Shown: positions 12,930 to 27,296 of the stretch, piece by piece
Layout: each line of letters opens with the position of its first letter
Numbering within the stretch: position 1 is the first letter of the stretch
Source of the DNA: Mobula hypostoma
Lineage: Eukaryota
Direction of reading: 5' to 3'
DNA length: 64,000 nt
Assembly (NCBI RefSeq): GCF_963921235.1
Contig: NC_086097.1
Location: 36,954,001 to 37,018,000 of the forward strand
Notes under the pieces: generated by a model
Databases searched by the model: none
Told to the model about the DNA's origin: nothing
What the model saw: only the letters and a program-made list of their open reading frames with translations
Position numbers and translations under genes: made by a program

Positions 12930-13352
12930 AGCATCAGACAACTCCGTCTACACTTCTCACTGCCTCAGTAAACCAGCCAACATAATCAAAGACCCCGCCC
13001 TCCCCAGATATTTTCTCTCCTCTCCTTTCCCATAGAGCAGGAAATACAAATGCCTGAAGGCATGTACCACTAGCCTCAATCCCTTCAATCCCACTGTTAT
13101 AACACGACTGAATTGTCCCTAGTCTGACCAGATGGACTCTTGACCTCACACTCTACCTGGTTAACGACCTTGTGCATTTTTGTCTACCGCACTGCGCTTT
13201 CTCTGCAAGTGTAACTCTTCATTCGGCAATTCTGTTATGGTTGTCTCTTGTATCACACTGTTATGATGATTTGATCCACCTGATGCTATACAAAACAACA
13301 TTTTTCACTGTACCTTGGTGCATGTGACAATAATAAACCAATTGATCAATTT
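12930..13352 (+). mobile_element. Rex1-like LINE 3' end (subfamily with tttcactgtaccttggtgcatgtgacaataataaac tail)
   Basis: YTSHCLSKPANIIKDP-type C-terminus; same tail as 34800-35265. Confidence 0.7.
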
Positions 13353-14489
13353 ACCTATTTAGTGAGTTATCCCAGTTTGTTGATCTGTTGACTGCTTGTT
13401 CCGCATCACTGCCCGAGATGAATTTTGTCCCAGTTATATTAAACTATCCGCTGCAAAGCCACAGAGGAAAGCATATTGAATAAAGGGGTTTACTCCAGGT
13501 CTGATGGAACTCGTGTGACCAAAATGGATGACTTGGAAGAAAGTACATCTTTCACAGCACTTCTTCACATCTGCATAGTCTGTACTTTCCATAATAGTCT
13601 ACTTTCAAGCTTTGATTTACCTCTGACACTCTAAATCATTGCCCGCTTTATTCAAATCAACTCAGGTTTATTCCAACCTAGGTAAATTTATCTTACCATT
13701 CATATTTCCATCTGCGCAAATCCCTTCACCTAGCTTTGACTTGTATTTACTTAAAAGCTGCAACAGACTTCAAAGAAGTTAATACAAAGTCAAAATAACA
13801 GAGAATCTCCAAGCTAAATGTAAATAATGGAATTCTTTAAGAAAATCTAATTAAAATCTAATTAGGATATAATTCACTTTCTATCTCATTCACTCAACTC
13901 ACAAATATAAAGCAATGTTAAATGATGTGCATTATGACTTGCTCACTAAGCACACACAGATTTGACAATGTCTCGAATAATTTAATTGGCCCATCAATCA
14001 AAAGAAGCCTTGTGCAACCTGACCTGAAACTAAACCCACCACTGATTTCAAAAGTGCAGAGAAATTAGACATTCCTACCTTAAAGGAACACATCTACCTT
14101 TAATACAATACGGCCTAATGTGATACCCTTAAGACAACTTGGGGTACATAATCTTGTACATAATAAAGCAGGGTTAAAGGACCACCTGGTCTATTTCTCC
14201 TTTTATTTCTGATGTTCTTAATGAGTTCCTTTTTCTACCACCATGAATTAAATCTCTGTGAGACTTGTATCTAATATGTATCTAGTCAGTGAGGCTTTTG
14301 GGTGTTTGACTCTTAGATATACAAAGGTTTCTTTATCATTCCCATCTTCCCTACATGCCAAAGCAGAACTTCTCTGATAAACCTATTTGTTTTAGCCTTT
14401 TCTTTCCCGGTGAAACTTATTTCTTCCTAATTGAACTCTTCCCACCTACATCTGTAACTTTTCTAATGTCTTCCACCACTTTAACAGAA

Positions 14490-14776
14490 CCTTTGTCGTT
14501 TGGTCCTAACTGTTTCATTTTCACTAAAGACACCCAATGCCTTTACACACCCATCCCCCACCAGGAAAGCCTGAAGGCCCTCAGCTTCACTCTTGGATGG
14601 AGGCCAATCCAGACTCCATCCATCAACCTCACCACCTGGCTAAACTTCCTTTTAATACTCAACAACTTCCCTTTTGATTCCTCGAAATGAAAGATGTTGC
14701 TATGACAACCCATATGGTGTCCTGGCTATACCTGCCTATTTGTGGGATACTTAAAATATTCTTTGTTCCAGTCCTA
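14490..14776 (+). pseudogene. Penelope-type reverse transcriptase fragment
   Basis: IFTKDTQCLYTPIPHQESLKAL...LILNNFPFDSS then KDVAMTTHM, corresponding to PLE RT motifs DVxSLYTSIP and GVAMG. Confidence 0.75.
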
Positions 14777-16216
14777 ATGGAATCCCCTGTCTCACTTCTT
14801 TTCCGGATAAATCAATCCCACTTCATGCTCTTCTTCATCTTCCACCTTCCTGTCAACAGACCCTCCAATACCCTGCCTCTTCTTTCCTCCTCTTTCAACA
14901 TTGTTAGTGTTAAAGCAGGAGAAGTATGTGGGCTGGAAGAGGGCTGCCTTTCTAACTCTGTCCTCAATGTTTTCAATGACATTTTCAGCTTGTCTCTCAC
15001 AAATATGCACACTCACAGACAAACAATAGCGTACTCATTGTGCTCAGTTAAAGGAAACTCTGCTAATTCACAGAAAGATTAAACATGTCAGCAATAGATA
15101 AAAGAAAACGTTCTTGTTGCTTATCTATTGTGACAATTTACTTTCAAATTGCTATTCAGCTTTAAAGAAGGCCAGAAATAATTTTGCTGGAGATGGATTT
15201 CAAAATATTTTAAAATGATTTATAAACAGATGTTGTATCAATAATTACAGTATAAAACATTACTTTTCTATATCCATACTTTAAACCTCTAGCTTTATCT
15301 TCATATAATTCTTTACTCTTTGTATTTGTTGAATGTTGTTGATTTTTGCTGTATGTGGTACCAACACACAAGAGCAAATTCGTAATACATGTAAATGTTC
15401 ATGGCAAATAAAGTCAGTCCTTGACCCCTGATTAAAGCAATTTCCCCACGTCCTGCCCCACCACCAGCACCACTTCACACACTGCTCAGAACTAATGTAC
15501 ATGCAGTCACTGCCATGCTAGTTCTGCCATCTGCTTCTAATCACATAAATGTTCATAGAAGGTAAACAATGAATTTTTTTGGTGACTAAACCCAGGTAAA
15601 AAGGTATAATTACTGTATTGAAATATACCAGGCAGCTGATTTAATTGGATGCCTGTTAACAGTTCTGGCCACAAGAGGTCAATGTAGATCTGTGTGGTCT
15701 TAAGACTTAGCGCTATTGACAGCAGAATTTTGCTGTTGTTTGAAGTGATGTTTTTGTGAGGAATACATTCTCATCAAAAGCATTGAATGTTAATTCAATT
15801 GGTCACTGTAATGAATTACTTTCTTGTCCATATTAATATCCATTGATTCAATGTTTAAGAATGGGATGTTACAGTGAGCAGATTCTAAAAAAGGCGTCAT
15901 TTAAATATCACTGGGTAAGAGGGGAAGTGTGAAATTACAGAGATCAGTAATAGAAGTGCGATGAATGAGTACCTTGCTGGTGAGATAGCCCAAGGACCTT
16001 TTCCATTACAGCTACAAGTTATCTGTGTCTGAACTGTCACTACGTCAAGTCTGTGCACCCAAACTTTGCCCTCACAGCAAATCTACTGGAACTTCTTGAA
16101 ACTGCTGCTTATGTTGCACATGTTGACATCAAAACATTGATTCTGCTGTTCTAGTCACCATTACCAATACTGTTTTTACAGATTATTACACATTAGGTCA
16201 TGTCACATTAGATCAT

Positions 16217-16846
16217 ACTGGGAGACCACTTTGCTGAACACCTACGCTCTGTCCGCCAGAGAAAGCAAGATCTCCCAGTGGCCACACATTTTAATTCCAC
16301 ATCCCATTCCCATTCTGACATGTCTATCCACGGCCTCCTCTACTGTAAAGATGAAGCCACACTCAGGTTGGAGGAACAACACCTTATATTCCGTCTGGGT
16401 AGCCTCCAACCTGATGGCATGAACATTGACTTCTCTAACTTCCGCTAATGCCCCACCACCCCCTCGTACCCCATCCGTTATTTATTTTTATACACATAAT
16501 CTTTCTCTCATTTCTCTCAGTCTCCTTTTGCTCCCTCTGTCCCTCTGACTATACCGCTTGCCCATCCTCTGGGTCCCCCCCACTTTGTCTTTCTCCCTGG
16601 GCCTCCTGTCCCATGATCCTCTCATATCCCTTTTGCCAATCACCCGTCCAGCTCTTGGCCCATCCCTCCCCCTCCTGTCTTCTCCTATCATTTTGGATCT
16701 CCCCCTCCCCCTCCCCCTCCCACATTCAAATCTCTTACTAACTCTTCTTCAGTTAGTCCTGACGAAGGGTCTCGGCTTAAAACATCTCTTCCTAGAGATG
16801 CTGCCTGGCCTGCTGCGTTCACCAGCAACTTTGATGTGTGTTGCTT
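16217..16846 (+). mobile_element. Penelope-like element 3' part (GIY-YIG plus pLTR, degenerate hammerhead)
   Basis: VATHFNSTSHSHSDMSIHGLLYC...LEEQHLIFRLGSLQPDGMNIDFSNF; CTGACGA at 16759-16765 with GAAA mutated. Confidence 0.85.
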
Positions 16847-17029
16847 AGATCATGTCAAATGGTTTTGGGATGGTCTGTGCATAATTAAGAGGGTAATTTA
16901 ATTACGCATGAAAAAAGGGAAGAAAATTTGTTCCTAAAATGGCCAAAGTTAACAATGTAAATGAGTACATTGAATAGTACATTGAATTCATTTGCAAGAT
17001 GCACTGACATCACTTTACTGAAGAGTATA

Positions 17030-17136
17030 AGGCTGGTTCAAGAAGGCAATTCAGCATCATCTTCTCAAGGGAAATTGGGCATGGTTAATAGATGCTGGTC
17101 TTGTCAATGATGCCCCCATTCTATAAGTCAATAAAG
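17030..17136 (+). mobile_element. Old CR1-type LINE/SINE 3' tail
   Basis: ggttcaagaaggca...cttctcaagggaaattgggcatgg...gctggtcttgtcaatgatgccc...aataaa. Confidence 0.5.
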
Positions 17137-17504
17137 CAGATATGTGATGCTCATTAAGTCTGAAACATACTTACTGGCACCCTTGGCATTCTATACTAAT
17201 CCTTCTCAAATTGCCCTGCATTGTACTTTAGGAAAAGTGAGAATGCATTACCATTCGCCAAAAAAATGTTTACATTCAAATTTTGGGATCACCATTAACG
17301 TTATTGGTAAATGTATCTGCTGTCTCATCAGATGAATTGCTACTGGCCAATAATATTCATGGAAGGTCTGGTTCTGCCCTTGCCTGCGTGTGTATGCATG
17401 TACGTACATTCCCTCAAGGTGATTTAAAACTGATCAGGAACAGAATCCTAAACCTTCACAAATGCTGTTTGTGCAGAAAGCAGCTGCCGATATCCTCATA
17501 CCAC

Positions 17505-17700
17505 AGGCTTACATTTATGATGTTTCTTTCATGACCTCAGGATGTCCTAAAGCACTTTAAAGCTTGAAATATAACCATAGTCACAATAAGAAGAAAAATG
17601 GCATGAAATATTCGCAGAGCAAGATCACACGATCAGCAACATGACAATGACCAGATAATCTGCACTTCAGTGTGAATAAATCTAGGCCAGATTCACCACA
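17505..17700 (-). mobile_element. Ancient Deu-domain SINE relic (SacSINE1/AmnSINE1-like)
   Basis: tttcatgacctcaggatgtcctaaagcacttta and aatgaccagataatctg match the recalled DeuSINE 3' half in reverse. Confidence 0.55.
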
Positions 17701-19257
17701 TTCAAGGCTGCAGCTTTTGAGATCTGTACTGATGGGTTATTAACCCTGCTGCATCAAAAGTTGCTTGGTTTCCTCATAGGGAGTCCATTTACCAAGAGAA
17801 ACAAACTGTAATTGTGCATTCATGATATGCAAGACAGCATTTATTTTAACCAAAATAGGGAAGGAACACTGTTTGGCACCCAGTTCCATAAGTACGTGGA
17901 CAACACATTTTGGAATATTCTGTTGCTCTATGACTTGGTAGGGTGGATTATGTTGTAAAATACCTTTTCAAGAATTTCATGCCTGTTGGTAATGTATCCA
18001 TCTCAGTTACACACATTGACAGATGGGGCATATTGCCAAGAGTCCTCTTAGACCTCAGTTTTTTTTTTAAAAAAGGAAAGATTATAACCATTATTATCAG
18101 CCTAATTATTTACTGTTCTGTGAAGATTTCAGTCCTTTCACTTGACTTTTAAGAACCATATGCTGAAAATTTATGTTTTTTTAAACAAAAGCTCTTTTAT
18201 GTTCATAATTATATTTTTTAAAGGCACAGCTTTCTGCTGTTGTTCAGGGTCAGTTGCTATAACCTCTCTCACTCATACAGCCTTTGGGAGTGATACAGAA
18301 ACGACAGTCTGCAGAAGGGTATTTTACAGAAAAGACATGCAGCTTTATTACTGAGTGTTCAGAAATACACTGTGTGAGTCACAAAATAAAGGTACCGTCA
18401 CATTGGTTTGTTTTATATTTTAGTGCAGTACAATCATTGGGTGTGTAATCCAGTTATCCAATACATGTCAATATCAGTGGCTGAGATTAACAGATGTTAC
18501 CCAACTCCACTGTGGGATAATATTTACCTTTCTGTGAAGGTACTGTCCAAAACAATCTCTCCGAACCTTCTTATATTGTCCCAGCAAAGCAAAATTGTCT
18601 GCCTGCAACACACAGTCTCTTACCTTTCCCTGCTGTCCAAACTATTCCCTCTCAGAAACAAATACAAACATCGCACATTTACATATTGTATTACAACACC
18701 ATCTATCAAAAGAAAATTGCCACAATGATAAATATTTCTTCAAAGTGTATGAAATTCCTTGCTTTTATCACGATTTCCTACAACTGGTGAAGATTTAATG
18801 TTCCTATCTGTTGAATTATTATACAGAATATTTATGAACATTTACATACAACAACATTTGATAAAATCTCGGGTGACTGAATATTAGAATTGAGAGATCA
18901 TATACTAAGTTCACAGATTTATTCATAATTACTAGGACAAGCTCACTTGCATAATAAGAACCATATTATGTCCAATCAAACCTAGTCTTAAAACTCACAA
19001 CAGTGAGGGAGTGCTACTATAACATGAACCGTCTGCATTAAGTAATTGTAGAAGAGCTTCATGCTTGATAGATGAGGAGTTGTGTCTTTCCTCTAAAGAA
19101 TAACAGGTTGAACGTTCAGCTCATCAGAAACTGTCGTACTAACTTGGCAAAGTGATCCACAATCACTACTACTGCTGTAATGATAAATGCAAATCAACTT
19201 CTTAAATCAGGTGGGAAAAGCAATTGCATACACCTCAGGTCACAAATCTGGTTTTTA

Positions 19258-19625
19258 GAGCATAGAACATAGAGAAATAAACACTACAGTACACTACAAT
19301 CCCTTCGGCCCACAACATTGTGCTATCCTTTCAACCTACTCTAAGATCAATCAAGTCCTTCCTTCCTACATAACCCTCCATTTTTCTATCATCCATGTAT
19401 CTATCTAAGAGTTTCTTAAAGGTCCCTAATGTTATCTGCCACTACCATCAGCCCTGGCAACACGTTCCAAACACACCACTCTCTGTGTAAATAGTCTACC
19501 TCTGACATTCCCCCGATACTTTCCACCAATTAATTAAAATTATCCCCCCTCATATTAGCCACTTTGACCTTTGAAAAAAGTCTCTGGCTATCCACTTGAT
19601 CTATGCTTCATTTCATCTTGTATGG
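19258..19625 (-). mobile_element. CR1 LINE 3' end
   Basis: catagaacataga tail, cccttcggcccaca, accactctctgtgtaaa. Confidence 0.75.
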
Positions 19626-20084
19626 GTCAGTTTTGAAAAATATTCCACTTGATTCAGTGTTCTCTCACTTAACTTGATTAATTAGTCACACAATTACTGA
19701 AGCGGAACGTAGACGCGTTATAATTTATACTGCAATTACGCCTAATATTCCAATGTTTATGTAGTATGATTGGGGAACAAATGAAAAGTGCTTCATGTGC
19801 AGAACTGAAAAGATTTTCACTGTTGTTAAGTCTGATTACCAAATTGTTTTAAAATTACTTACTTGGGCATCACAGTCATTCTGAAATTCCTACATTACTC
19901 AGGCACTCCTATTTCCATCCCTCCAAATCTTGCTGCTCTCTTCACTCATTCCATTCTTCCCTCCAGTTCACATTCACTATTATCTCCTTCATTTTCCATT
20001 TCCAGCGGTACATTTCTCCTCTCCCTCTCAATGGCTCAATGGAGCTTTCTTGTTCAAATTCTGAGTTTGCACTACTACACATTG

Positions 20085-20200
20085 AAAAAAACAACTGTTT
20101 ATTCCCCTCAGTGGATGCTGCCTGACCTGCTGAGTTCCTTTGGCATTCTGTGTGTGTTGCTGTGGATTCCCAGCAACTGCAGAAGCTCGTGTGTTTATGA
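20085..20200 (+). mobile_element. Penelope pLTR terminal fragment
   Basis: gatgctgcctgacctgctgagttcct...tgtgtgttgc...ccagcaactgcaga. Confidence 0.7.
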
Positions 20201-23104
20201 GTTTACACTGCTCTCCCTCTCACTTGTGAGAAACTTTCCCTACCAACCAACAACAAAAACATGGTTTCATGTGTTGCATTCCATGTGCTTAACCACCAAG
20301 CTGCATCAGAAGAAGTAATCAAACATTTGATACTAAAACCAAACTAAAAAAAAATTAGAACAAGTTAATCAATATCTCAATTTTAAATCAATTACCCTGA
20401 TTCACAAGTTTTACATCGCACACATATCTCTTCCTCTGCAATCTGCCCCAACTCTGCAATGTTCCCAGTTGCATTCCTACCATTCTGGTGTCTTGATTAC
20501 GTTCTGATCAAGAATAGTTATGGAGAGGTGGAACTAGAACTCACCAGTGTGCAAGCTGAGCCAGGGCTGTGGATGAAGTCATTGAAAGCAAGGGGCCAGG
20601 ATGGAGAATAAACCCTCAGGAGATTCCCTGAAGTACCATTGGTGGCAAGCAAGAGCCAAACTAATTTTGGTTTGTGAGCATCAACAAAGAGGCTCCACTT
20701 CCAAAATGCTGATTGTGCACGCAAAATACAGATTGTTGACATGTACGCAGGCACTGCAAATCATCATTGGAATGACGTCCTCTTTAAGAAAGGAGATGGT
20801 TCTCACTGCTGTATGAGCTCTCTATCACCCATTTACAATATTAATTTAATAGGAGTCCTACGATGGCACTGAACAGATATTCAAACAAAGCAGTCACACG
20901 TAATCGTGCATTTTCATGGGTGTCCAGCAAACAAATAAGACTTGCCAAACAATGCCCCCTTCATACCTTGTGCTTCTTGTAGCTTTCCAACCATATTAAA
21001 CCAGCATTAATTTGCATCAAATAACTTAAATTGAAATAAATCCTGATATTTGTTAGACTGGAATAGCCTTCATTTGGTGTCAGTGAGGTCAGTGTTCAAG
21101 TTGCAGTCTGTGGGAACTGTTTAGGTGCCTCTTTGTCTGGCCCGCTGTATAACTGGAGTAAGGTTTCACACACAGCCCGAGGGCAAGCAAAACAGCTGCA
21201 GGCAAACTGCAAAGTTCCTCCAATTACACTGTGGAAATGGTGACTTTCTGGTGAAAAACTCATTATTCATAAATACAGGGATTCTGCTGGTCATAAGCAC
21301 GGCTGATCACCAGGAACTTTTGTATTCCAAGCATCTCATCACATTCCCTGCCTTTTGGGGTGAACAATTAGCTATTTCATTCTTGTATTCCAGAAAAAAA
21401 AATACATTCCTTACAGAATTTACAATAGTGTATAATTAGAGTAACCGCCATTAAATTTGTTTTACATAACTGAGTTATTTCCATCACTGAAAAAGTATTA
21501 CTGCTAGACTGTCTAATCACCCAGGAAGGATGATCTTACGCAAACCTCTACTCACCAATCAGTTCAATGAGGAATAACTAATTAATCTGACTGGTCTTTT
21601 ATTTATTTCTCCCATTTCAGTTTCACACAGGAGATCATTCCCAGGCTCAGCCAACGTAGTAAATTGATGAAAGTTACCCAGGCTTTTTGTCAGTAAATTT
21701 TTTGTAACGAGCCTGTAAGAGAACATACAACAGCCTTAAGGAAAACAAGCTGGTACAGATTTTTTTTTGCACTTGGAGGAGTGCTTACTTTAATTTGGAT
21801 TTATGTAATAATTGAAAATTAGTCAATTACAACACTGAAACTAATTTCCAGGGTCATTTGTTTCATAAACTTTCTGAAAGAGAAATTTCAGCATGCTTTA
21901 GTCCCTATGCTGTCATTTTGAGACTTCTTGCATTCCACTCATCTGAAATATCAAGAAACATTTGGAGCTTATTCACAAACAGTTAGCAGCTCCCAGTAAA
22001 TACAATACTTGCTCCTTTCTCATAATTGCCTAATGTTCTGCCAGGAGATTTATCTAATTAAGTAATTTCAATTGAAATGAGCAAGGGATTAGTTTCATTT
22101 TACCATCAACAGGCATTTTTTTTCTCCATTTGGACTCAAAGAATAGAAAGCACATTGATTTTCAATGTTGAGTTTTGACCAGCAGTGGAGCTTTATACAA
22201 TATTGTAAGTCAACCGTGTGGACATTTAGATTATTGGTGACTGGATCAGGAAATTAAGCTCTTATGAAACATGCGAACAAGTTTGTGGAAATTGGAAAGC
22301 AGAAATGTCACCTGGTAAAGTGGTTAGCACATAAAAGGCAAAACCATTCAGGAGAGCTAAGGAAATAGTTACACAAATAAACAAAAGGAAAGAAGATTTA
22401 AGTGCACAAACAAATAACTAAGAACTATTAAATTGAGCAATGAAGGAATTTTTCCAAACATCAATGTTAAGACTGTTGCTAAATCTTTGATCAAACATCT
22501 TCAGTTTTCAAAAAGATAGAAATGGGTGCTCGTGTATGAAAATGCCTTCTGTAACGTATGAAAAAAACAAAGATTCTACTTGCGTCAGGAACTAATTAAA
22601 GATGAGCAGCCAAGGTCTGTGACCGGAATGCGAAGGGTATTCCAAGGAGTCGGAGGGGAGATGTCTGTATGATCCTGTTCGAGTTTGAGGGGAGTTTAGT
22701 GTGTGTAACCAGTAGTGTCCCGCTTAGGCTGAAAAACCATCCCAGCAATATGATGGAAATAATCCCCTTCCATTACAAATAATTCTAAAATGGAAGCGGC
22801 AGCTTTAAAAAATGGGCAGTGACTAATCTATCGGATTTGGATTATGTTTTATTCATAAATTCTGAATGAACTTTAAAGAAGCTATTGATGCCCTCACCAG
22901 AAGAGACTCTACTTTATTATAATAATACGTTAAATGGAAACCTTCATATACGTTCCAGAAATTCTTTCATCTTTGTTCTACCGTCAGGTGTTAAGAACTA
23001 TTTAAATCTATCTTCCTGCAAGCTTCAATGTTTTAAGTGAACCAACTTGAATATTTTTCTCTATTATAGTCACTCAGCTGAAATAGACACCACTGAAAAT
23101 ATTG

Positions 23105-23290
23105 AAACAGTCGGGCAGCATCGACAGAGAGGAATAAAGAGTCGAAGTTTCAGGCCGAGACCTTTCATCAAGACTGAAACATTGAGTCATTATTCCTCTC
23201 CATAGATGTTGCCCAAAATGCTGAGTTCCTCCAGCATTTTGTATGTGTTGCACTGGATTTCAAGCATCTGCAAGTTCTTTTGTGTTTATG
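23105..23290. mobile_element. Collapsed inverted Penelope pLTR pair
   Basis: gggcagcatcgacagagaggaataa ... ttattcctctccatagatgttgccc arms around a hammerhead remnant. Confidence 0.65.
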
Positions 23291-23364
23291 TGTCACTGGA
23301 AATAATGGTGTTTATTGTCAATCTCTAACTACCCTGAAATGAGATGGCAATTCCGGGTCTAGAG

Positions 23365-23422
23365 CAGAGGTCCAACCTTTTTTATGCCATGGACCAATAC
23401 CATTAAGCAAGGGTAGCCCCTG
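23365..23422 (+). mobile_element. hAT (Buster-type) mini-MITE, internally deleted
   Basis: Body shared with 37425 and 39152 copies; 8-bp TSD gtctagag/gcctagag. Confidence 0.75.
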
Positions 23423-24280
23423 GCCTAGAGTCAGACATAGAATGGACCAGGAAAGGTTAGCAAATTTTCCTTCCTGAAGGATAATAGTGAATCAGATAGG
23501 TTTTGGGACAATCTGTAGTTTTTCCCAAGTTATACTTGCATCACATACCTGCCCAATAACCTTTGTTCTCTATTCACCTTGAGACAAGGGGCAGGAGGGG
23601 ACTCCGAGAAAATAGGAGCATGTTAATCTTCAAGTGTCAGCAATATCTAAATGTGAATCTATCTGGCTTTACTACCAATACCTAGAAACGATTAATGAGA
23701 ATTGGAATTTTTTTCTGTGTCATTAGAGGTAAAACAATCAGCTGAAAGGAAAGGACAAGAGAAGCACAATGCACAGCAGAATTCTGACAGTTGGTGCTGA
23801 TTTATCAGGACTTTGGTTTAGAGTCCTCTGCACAAGGTGATGGCTTGATATATGCACACATCATCATTTTCTATGTGCATTGTTCCTCATGGTTTGTCAA
23901 ATCTTTCCATTTTTGTCAGTTGTTTACCACCATGCACAAATCATTGATACGTACAGTCCATGGGGAGTAGGAGATGTTCCATTATGGAGTCCTGGTTATC
24001 ACCAATAACCACAAGGTAACAAACAGAACAGCACTGACTGTTACCCCTACCCTATTTCCCCAGAAAGAACCATCAACAGATACTGCCTTACACTGAGGAA
24101 GACGGTAAACTGCTGACAGGGATATATTAGAGGTGCAGGGTTATTACAAAGCACAAAATACAGAGAATTAGTTCCAGAAGCCACTGGTTAATGAAATTAC
24201 TATAAATTTTAAGGTATGACATTTACTTCTTAACTACAAATTCTCTAGGCCTTACCACTTGTGAGCATGAAAGGAATAAA

Positions 24281-24316
24281 CAGTCAACATTTCGGGCTGA
24301 GACACTTCATCAGGAC
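24281..24316 (-). ncRNA. Isolated Penelope-derived hammerhead motif
   Basis: Minus strand GUC-CUGAUGA-AGUGUCUCAGCCC-GAAAU-GUU-GACUG. Confidence 0.5.
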
Positions 24317-24459
24317 ACCTGGTTGAAGATGAATGCAAATATTTCACCTTTCCTTTTATCATTGACATACTGTGCCCTGTTGTAGATAAAAATGGTGATG
24401 ATCATGGTGAACGCATTTCCTGTTAGTTATGTACAATAACACATAACAGAATGTGGTAA

Positions 24460-25515
24460 AATTACAGTCTGTGCAGATGGGAAATAACATCTCCTCCTCG
24501 CTGACAATCAACACTGGCACTCCTCAAGAATGCATGCTTAGCCCACTGCTCTACTCGTTCTACACCCACAACTGTGCGGCAAGGCACAGTGCAAACACCA
24601 TTTATAAAATTGCCGATGACACAAATATTGCTGTCAGAATTTTAGATGGTGATGAGGAGGTGTACAGGAGCAAGATATATCAGCTGTTTGAGTGGTGTGG
24701 TGGCCACAATCTTGCACTCAACATCAGTAAAGACTAAAGAATTGACTGTGGGCTTCAGAAAGGAAAGTCAACGGAATACTCACCAGTCTTCATCAAGGCA
24801 TCAGAAGTGGAAAGGGTAAGAAATTTCCAGTTCCTGGGTGTTAATACCTCTGAGGGTCTTTCATGGGCATATTGAAACAATTACAAGGAAGGCACGACTG
24901 CAGCTATATTTCATTAGGAGTTCGTGGAGAATTGGTATGTCACCAAAGACACTTGCAAATCTCTGCATATGTACCATCGAAAGCGTTGTAACTGGGGTTG
25001 CATCACCGTCAGGTAAGGGCGGGCCACTGCATAGTATCGAGAAAAGCTGCAGAAAGTTGTACACTCAGCCTGCTCCATCGTGGGCACCAGCCTCCCCAGC
25101 ATCCAGATCACCTTCAAAAGGCGATACTCAAAAAGATGGCATCCATGATTAAAGACCCCTCATAGCCAGGACATGCCCTCTTCTCATTGCTACCATCACG
25201 GATGAGGTACAGGAGCCTGAAGACATACACGCAACGCTTCAAGAATGGCTTCTTCTCCTCCACTAGCAGAATTCTGAATGGACAATGAACCCATGAACAA
25301 TACCTCAGTATTTTTTTCCTCTTGTTTTGCTCTAATTCTTTCTTTTAATTTCTTTTTTTAATAAATACAGTACTTCTTACTGTAATTTATTATTGTAATT
25401 TATACTTTTATTATTATGCTTCTGCAGTACATTCCATTACATAATAATAAAAGTACAAATTACAATAACAGATTTCAGGACATATGCCAGTGATATTAGA
25501 CCTGATTCTGATTCT
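24460..25515 (+). mobile_element. Rex1/Babar-like LINE (RT to 3' end, frameshifted)
   Basis: NTGTPQECMLSPLLYSFYTHNC...KIADDT...EWCGGHNLALNISK; (ctgatt)n tail. Confidence 0.85.
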
Positions 25516-25984
25516 AAACTTTGATCTGACCATTGGCTGCTGACACCCATCTGTAATATATTGCTTCCTCCAGATAATATAGATACAGTCAGATTACAAG
25601 GCACTTTCTTTTAAGTATGCTCTCCGCTGTTTCTGTCGGCCTGCACTGAACCATTGTTGGACTTCTAACTAGATGGTAATTGTAGAATGAAGGAGATATC
25701 AGGCCAGGGATTTACATATTGTGGTAAAACGTAATTCTGCCACTGCTAATTGTCTACACCAACTGTTGCCCAGTTACAAACTGTTTGACTCTATCACATT
25801 TTCCACATCTACTCTAATAATGTTCTCATAGCCACAGCCAAGAATGCCCAGATGTTTCCACAAAAAAAGAAAATTCTAATGGGAACCTGAATAAACTAGC
25901 ATAAAGGATTAATAATTTGTGATATATTCTAAGCAAGAATATCCATTCACAAGTAGCCAAAAACGACAGCTTATACATATCAAA

Positions 25985-26298
25985 TTCCAAAGTAAAGTAA
26001 GTTTTATTATCAAAGAACATATATGTATGTCACCATATACAACCCTGAGATTCATTTTCCTGTGGGCATACTCAGTAATCTATAGAATAGTAACTATAAC
26101 AGGATCAATGAAAAATTAACTAGAGTGCAGAAGACAACAAACTGTACAAATGCAAATATAATGAGAACATGAAATAATGAGATAAAGAGTTCTTAAAGTG
26201 CAATCATTGGTTGTGGGAACATCTCAATGGATGGGCCAATTAGTGTAGTTATTCCCTCTGTTCAAGAGCCTGATGGTTGAGGGGTTGTTACTGTTCTT
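25985..26298 (-). mobile_element. Rex1-like LINE 3' UTR
   Basis: tttattatcaaagaacatatatg...gttcaagagcctgatggttgagggg, the reverse of a Rex1 C-terminus and tail. Confidence 0.6.
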
Positions 26299-27296
26299 AG
26301 AGAAAAAATACGAGAAAGATAAGGAACTGGAATCTGGAATTACTGTAAAAATTAATTTCCAATGAGAGTATTTTACAGAGGTACAAAGCAAGGATTCTAC
26401 ATTAAATACACTTGTACAAAAACTTGCAAATCTTCATCCTTGGTATGTGTCTAAACACCCTTTTCAATAATTTCTTACTTAACACATTCAGTGTTTATGT
26501 TCAACTAAATAAAGTTGTCCAAAATTAGCAGAAGTCTATAACTGTCTGTGAGTTAATGCATTTATCCTTTTGTTCAAAACATTGCAACAACTGAATTTAT
26601 GCACTAAAGTTCTCTTTAAGACATGAGATGCACCAACCATTTAATCAGTACTTATGGAAAACAGAACCATGTTCAAAATCTGTCCATTTGTGCCTGGTAT
26701 AAAACTGGCAAAAGCTTCATACCAAATGTCTAAAAATGTTATTGCTGTACTCACAGTCCTCTTTTTACACCAAGAAATGTTTCTGGGATCATATTTGGAA
26801 CATAGAACATAGAACAATGCAGCCCAGTACAGGTCCTTTGATCCACGACGTTGTAACACTCTATACAAACATACTCGACAATCAACCTCACCCTTCCCTC
26901 TTTTAAATGTTCTATTATATCAGCCTCTACCTCCACCCACTAGATGCATTAAAATCATGCAAAATATGACTTACAGATTTTTTAATCAATCCCCTCTTCA
27001 AAATAAATGACCACATCTTTAAACAGAATATGAGGGATGGCCTCTTCCACACACAAAAAAAAATCATTGTGTCCAACACTGGCTCTATTCACATTGATGT
27101 TTTTTCTATCAATAGACTTGGATTTGAGAACCTGTTAATGATGAACTTCAAGTCCAAGATCAATGGACTGGAAACAGGATGTTAAAAAATATCATGTCTT
27201 CAATTTTTTTGGATAGTTTGCATATACCACATTCAAATTATATCTGGGTTACATCTAGCTAATTGTAAACACTTTGCAAAAACCTTAGGTTTACCT

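Noticed and set aside
18250..18320. Possible - strand micro-exon (cttctgcag ... gtgaga)
   Set aside because: Splice-like signals of this quality arise by chance; no partner exons or protein similarity
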